This document shows, in pieces, positions 57,933-64,000 of a DNA stretch of 64,000 bases. Origin of the DNA: Bacteroidales bacterium (lineage in GTDB: Bacteria; Bacteroidota; Bacteroidia; Bacteroidales; WCHB1-69); the NCBI GenBank assembly GCA_016288655.1, contig JAEEKX010000022.1:55693-119692 (forward strand). Reading direction: 5' to 3'. The notes under the pieces are model-generated. The model was not told the origin of the DNA. It saw only the letters and a list, made by a program, of their open reading frames with translations, and searched no databases. The position numbers and the translations under genes were made by a program. Position 1 is the stretch's first letter. Each line of letters begins with the position of its first letter.

Positions 57933-58705
57933 TGGGCAAGGTCATCGCAGTTGTCAACCAAAAGGGCGGCGTGGGAAAAACCACCACCGCCGTCAACCTC
58001 GCCGCATCCCTGGCAGCGCTGGACCACAAGTCCCTGCTCATCGACTCCGACCCGCAGGCCAACGCCACCTCCGCCGTCGGCTTCGTGGGCAACGAGATCG
58101 AGACCAGCGTCTATGACTGTATGATCGGCAACGCCACCGTCCACGACGCCATCCTCACGACCGACACGCCCAACCTCGACCTGCTGCCCGCCAACATCAA
58201 CCTCGTGGGCGCCGAGATCGAGATGATCAACATGGACCGCAAGGACTTCCGCATGCGCGACTGCCTCAACGAGGTGAAACAGGACTACGACTTTGTCATC
58301 ATCGACTGCGCGCCCTCCCTCGGACAACTCACCGTCAACGCGCTCGTCGCCGCCGACTCGGTCATCATCCCCGTGCAGTGCGAGTACTTCGCCCTCGAAG
58401 GGCTCGGCCAACTGCTCAACACCGTGCGGATCATCCAGAATGCCATGAACCCCGCCCTCACCATCGAAGGCATCCTCCTCACCATGTACGACTCGCGGCT
58501 CAAACTCGCCAACGCCGTCGTGGAGGACGTGCAGCAGCACTGCAAGGGCATCGTGTTCAACACCATCATCGCACGCAACATCCGCCTCAGCGAGGCCCCC
58601 AGCCACGGCAAGCCCATCATCACCTACGACATCCAGTCGCGCGGCACCGTCAACTACCTCAACCTCGCCAAGGAAATCCTCAGCAACAACGGCTATCAAC
58701 TTTAA
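57932..58705 (+). CDS. parA: Chromosome partitioning ATPase ParA/Soj
   Basis: A 257-aa ORF with the deviant Walker A KGGVGKTTTAVNLAASLA and IIDCAPSLG. Confidence 0.95.
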   Translation: MGKVIAVVNQKGGVGKTTTAVNLAASLAALDHKSLLIDSDPQANATSAVGFVGNEIETSVYDCMIGNATVHDAILTTDTPNLDLLPANINLVGAEIEMINMDRKDFRMRDCLNEVKQDYDFVIIDCAPSLGQLTVNALVAADSVIIPVQCEYFALEGLGQLLNTVRIIQNAMNPALTIEGILLTMYDSRLKLANAVVEDVQQHCKGIVFNTIIARNIRLSEAPSHGKPIITYDIQSRGTVNYLNLAKEILSNNGYQL

Positions 58706-58708
58706 GCC

Positions 58709-59599
58709 ATGGATAAGAAAAACAACATCGGGAAACTGGGCAAAGGCCTGGGCGCCCTGCTCGGCGACAGCCAATACTCCGTCCTCGACGCCAACTCCAC
58801 CGCGCGCGTCAAGGCCGACAGCAACACCAACATCCATATCGACGCCATCGACGTCAACCCCGGGCAGCCCCGTACTGACTTCGACGACACCCAACTGGCC
58901 GAACTCGCCCAGTCCATCAAGGCCTACGGACTGATCCAACCCATCACCGTGCGCCCCATCGAGAACGGACGTTACCAGCTCATCTCAGGCGAACGCCGCC
59001 TGCGCGCATGCAAAATCGCCGGGCTCACCGAAGTGCCCGCCTTCGTGCGCTCCGTCGATGAGGTGCAGTCGATACAGATGGCCCTCGTGGAGAACATCCA
59101 ACGATCCGACTTGAACGCCATCGAAATCGCCGTCTCCTTCCGCCGTCTGCTCGACGAATGCGACCTCACGCAAGACGACCTGTGCGCCAAAGTCGGCAAG
59201 GACAAGACCACCGTCGTCAACTACCTGCGCCTGCTCAAACTCTGCCCCGACGTGCAAATCGCCGTGCGCGACAAGCAGATCTCCATGGGGCACGCCCGCA
59301 GCATCGTCGGCTTCGACGACGCCACCACCCAGAAGAAGATGCTGAAGGAGATCCTAGCCAAGAAACTGTCTGTGAGAGAGACCGAGGCCTTGGCCAAGCG
59401 CATCGCCGCGGAGAGAAAGCCCGTGAAGAAACCGCGCGTCAAACTCTCCGACGAACTGATCGCCTTCCGCACGGGACTATCCACCCGCTTCAACACCCAT
59501 GTCGCCCTCACCCGCGACGCCTCCGGCAAAGGGAAGATCACCATCCCCTTCAGTTCCGACGAAGAACTCAAGCAGTTGATGCAACTGCTTTCCGAATAG
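58709..59599 (+). CDS. parB: Chromosome partitioning protein ParB/Spo0J
   Basis: A 296-aa ORF containing NPGQPR, GLIQPITVR, LISGERRLRAC, ALVENIQRSDLN and an HTH region. Confidence 0.95.
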   Translation: MDKKNNIGKLGKGLGALLGDSQYSVLDANSTARVKADSNTNIHIDAIDVNPGQPRTDFDDTQLAELAQSIKAYGLIQPITVRPIENGRYQLISGERRLRACKIAGLTEVPAFVRSVDEVQSIQMALVENIQRSDLNAIEIAVSFRRLLDECDLTQDDLCAKVGKDKTTVVNYLRLLKLCPDVQIAVRDKQISMGHARSIVGFDDATTQKKMLKEILAKKLSVRETEALAKRIAAERKPVKKPRVKLSDELIAFRTGLSTRFNTHVALTRDASGKGKITIPFSSDEELKQLMQLLSE

Positions 59600-59605
59600 A
59601 CCGCT

Positions 59606-60310
59606 ATGAAGACTTTTCGCGCATGTCTGGCTCTGCTCATCCTCTGGATGTTCTGCGGCACGTTGCTGCAAGCCCAAGACACGCCGTCGGCTGTCGATAG
59701 CACTGCCGTTACACCCGCTGCTGACAGCGGCTCCGCCGGTCTCCGTCCAAACGTCAAGTCGCAGGCCGCCGTGCGCGGGCGCGACATCAACCGTTCCGCC
59801 AACCCGTCTCCCATGGTCGAACACGTCCACACGACCGACGCCGTGCTTCAGAAGAAGCACAACCCGAAATTAGCCATCGGTCTCTCGGCCATTCTGCCCG
59901 GCGCCGGACAGATCTACAACAAAAAAGCGTGGAAGATACCGATCTTTTACGCCGGCCTGGGCGCCGCCGGCACGCTCATCTGGTACTTCGGCGACAAAAT
60001 GGTGATGTATCGCAACGAATACCGCAACCGGATGCAAGGGAATACAGCCCTGCTCAAACCGGAATTGTCCACCCAAGACGATGGGGTCGTACTCAACATG
60101 AAACAGAAATACACCCGCTACATGGAGATCGCCATCGCGGCAGGAGTGGCCGTCTATTTCCTCAACATCATCGACGCCGCCGTGGATGCCCACCTCTTCT
60201 ATTTCGACATCTCCGACGACCTGTCGCTACAGGCCGCACCTTACGTGCAGCCCACGCTGTGGAACAACGGCGTGAGTTACGGCGCCACCTTGACGCTGCG
60301 TTTCAAATAG
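59606..60310 (+). CDS. DUF5683-family membrane protein (commonly follows parAB in Bacteroidota)
   Basis: A 234-aa ORF with a signal peptide. The block is SAILPGAGQIYNKKAWKIPIFYAGLGA...NIIDAAVDAHLFYFDISDDLS. Confidence 0.65.
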   Translation: MKTFRACLALLILWMFCGTLLQAQDTPSAVDSTAVTPAADSGSAGLRPNVKSQAAVRGRDINRSANPSPMVEHVHTTDAVLQKKHNPKLAIGLSAILPGAGQIYNKKAWKIPIFYAGLGAAGTLIWYFGDKMVMYRNEYRNRMQGNTALLKPELSTQDDGVVLNMKQKYTRYMEIAIAAGVAVYFLNIIDAAVDAHLFYFDISDDLSLQAAPYVQPTLWNNGVSYGATLTLRFK

Positions 60311-60318
60311 TTGATTCT

Positions 60319-64000
<3,682 letters not shown>

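Noticed and set aside
57932-59599. parA-parB taken as evidence for a plasmid or integrative element.
   Set aside because: The pair is followed by DUF5683 and flanked by secA, DUF3276 and atpBE. This is the typical chromosomal Bacteroidota context, and no replication, mobilisation or conjugation genes are present.

Overview
This window is a visibly GC-rich chromosomal segment from a member of the Bacteroidota, probably Bacteroidales-like. Three things support that: many intergenic regions carry the Bacteroidota -7 promoter element TAnnTTTG 20-50 nt upstream of start codons, several proteins end in type IX secretion (T9SS) C-terminal sorting domains, and gldH, DUF5683 and DUF3276 family genes are present. 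About 50 protein-coding genes are supported. I saw no rRNA, tRNA, CRISPR array, transposase or integrase. Core genes: atpG(partial)-atpA-atpH-atpF, gltX, a fused NfnA/NfnB-like oxidoreductase, an M13 peptidase, rocD, PSP1/gldH, an EF-G paralog, tex, recG, rnr, serC-serA, rnhB, pheT, atpB-atpE, parA-parB and secA(partial). Accessory content: T9SS-tagged C10 and C25 cysteine peptidases, a discoidin/PNGase F-like T9SS protein, an MBOAT acyltransferase, an ECF sigma factor with a membrane-spanning proline-rich tail, and an A/T-richer islet (about 13.2-17.7 kb) that holds a decayed T9SS-domain remnant. The best candidate for an undescribed system is a nine-gene, almost gap-free minus-strand operon at 25.6-34.2 kb. 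It encodes a small T9SS-tagged protein, a 921-aa Cthe_2159-type beta-helix protein, two secreted/lipoproteins, a VTC (triphosphate-tunnel) domain protein, a DUF4956 membrane protein, a DUF2490 barrel, and a LytS-type kinase with a LytTR regulator. A second oddity is that the F-type ATP synthase operon is split. atpB-atpE and atpF-atpH-atpA-atpG lie on the same strand about 52 kb apart, and each part has its own terminator or promoter signal. All functional calls come from reading the translated ORFs against remembered family signatures. No database search was run.
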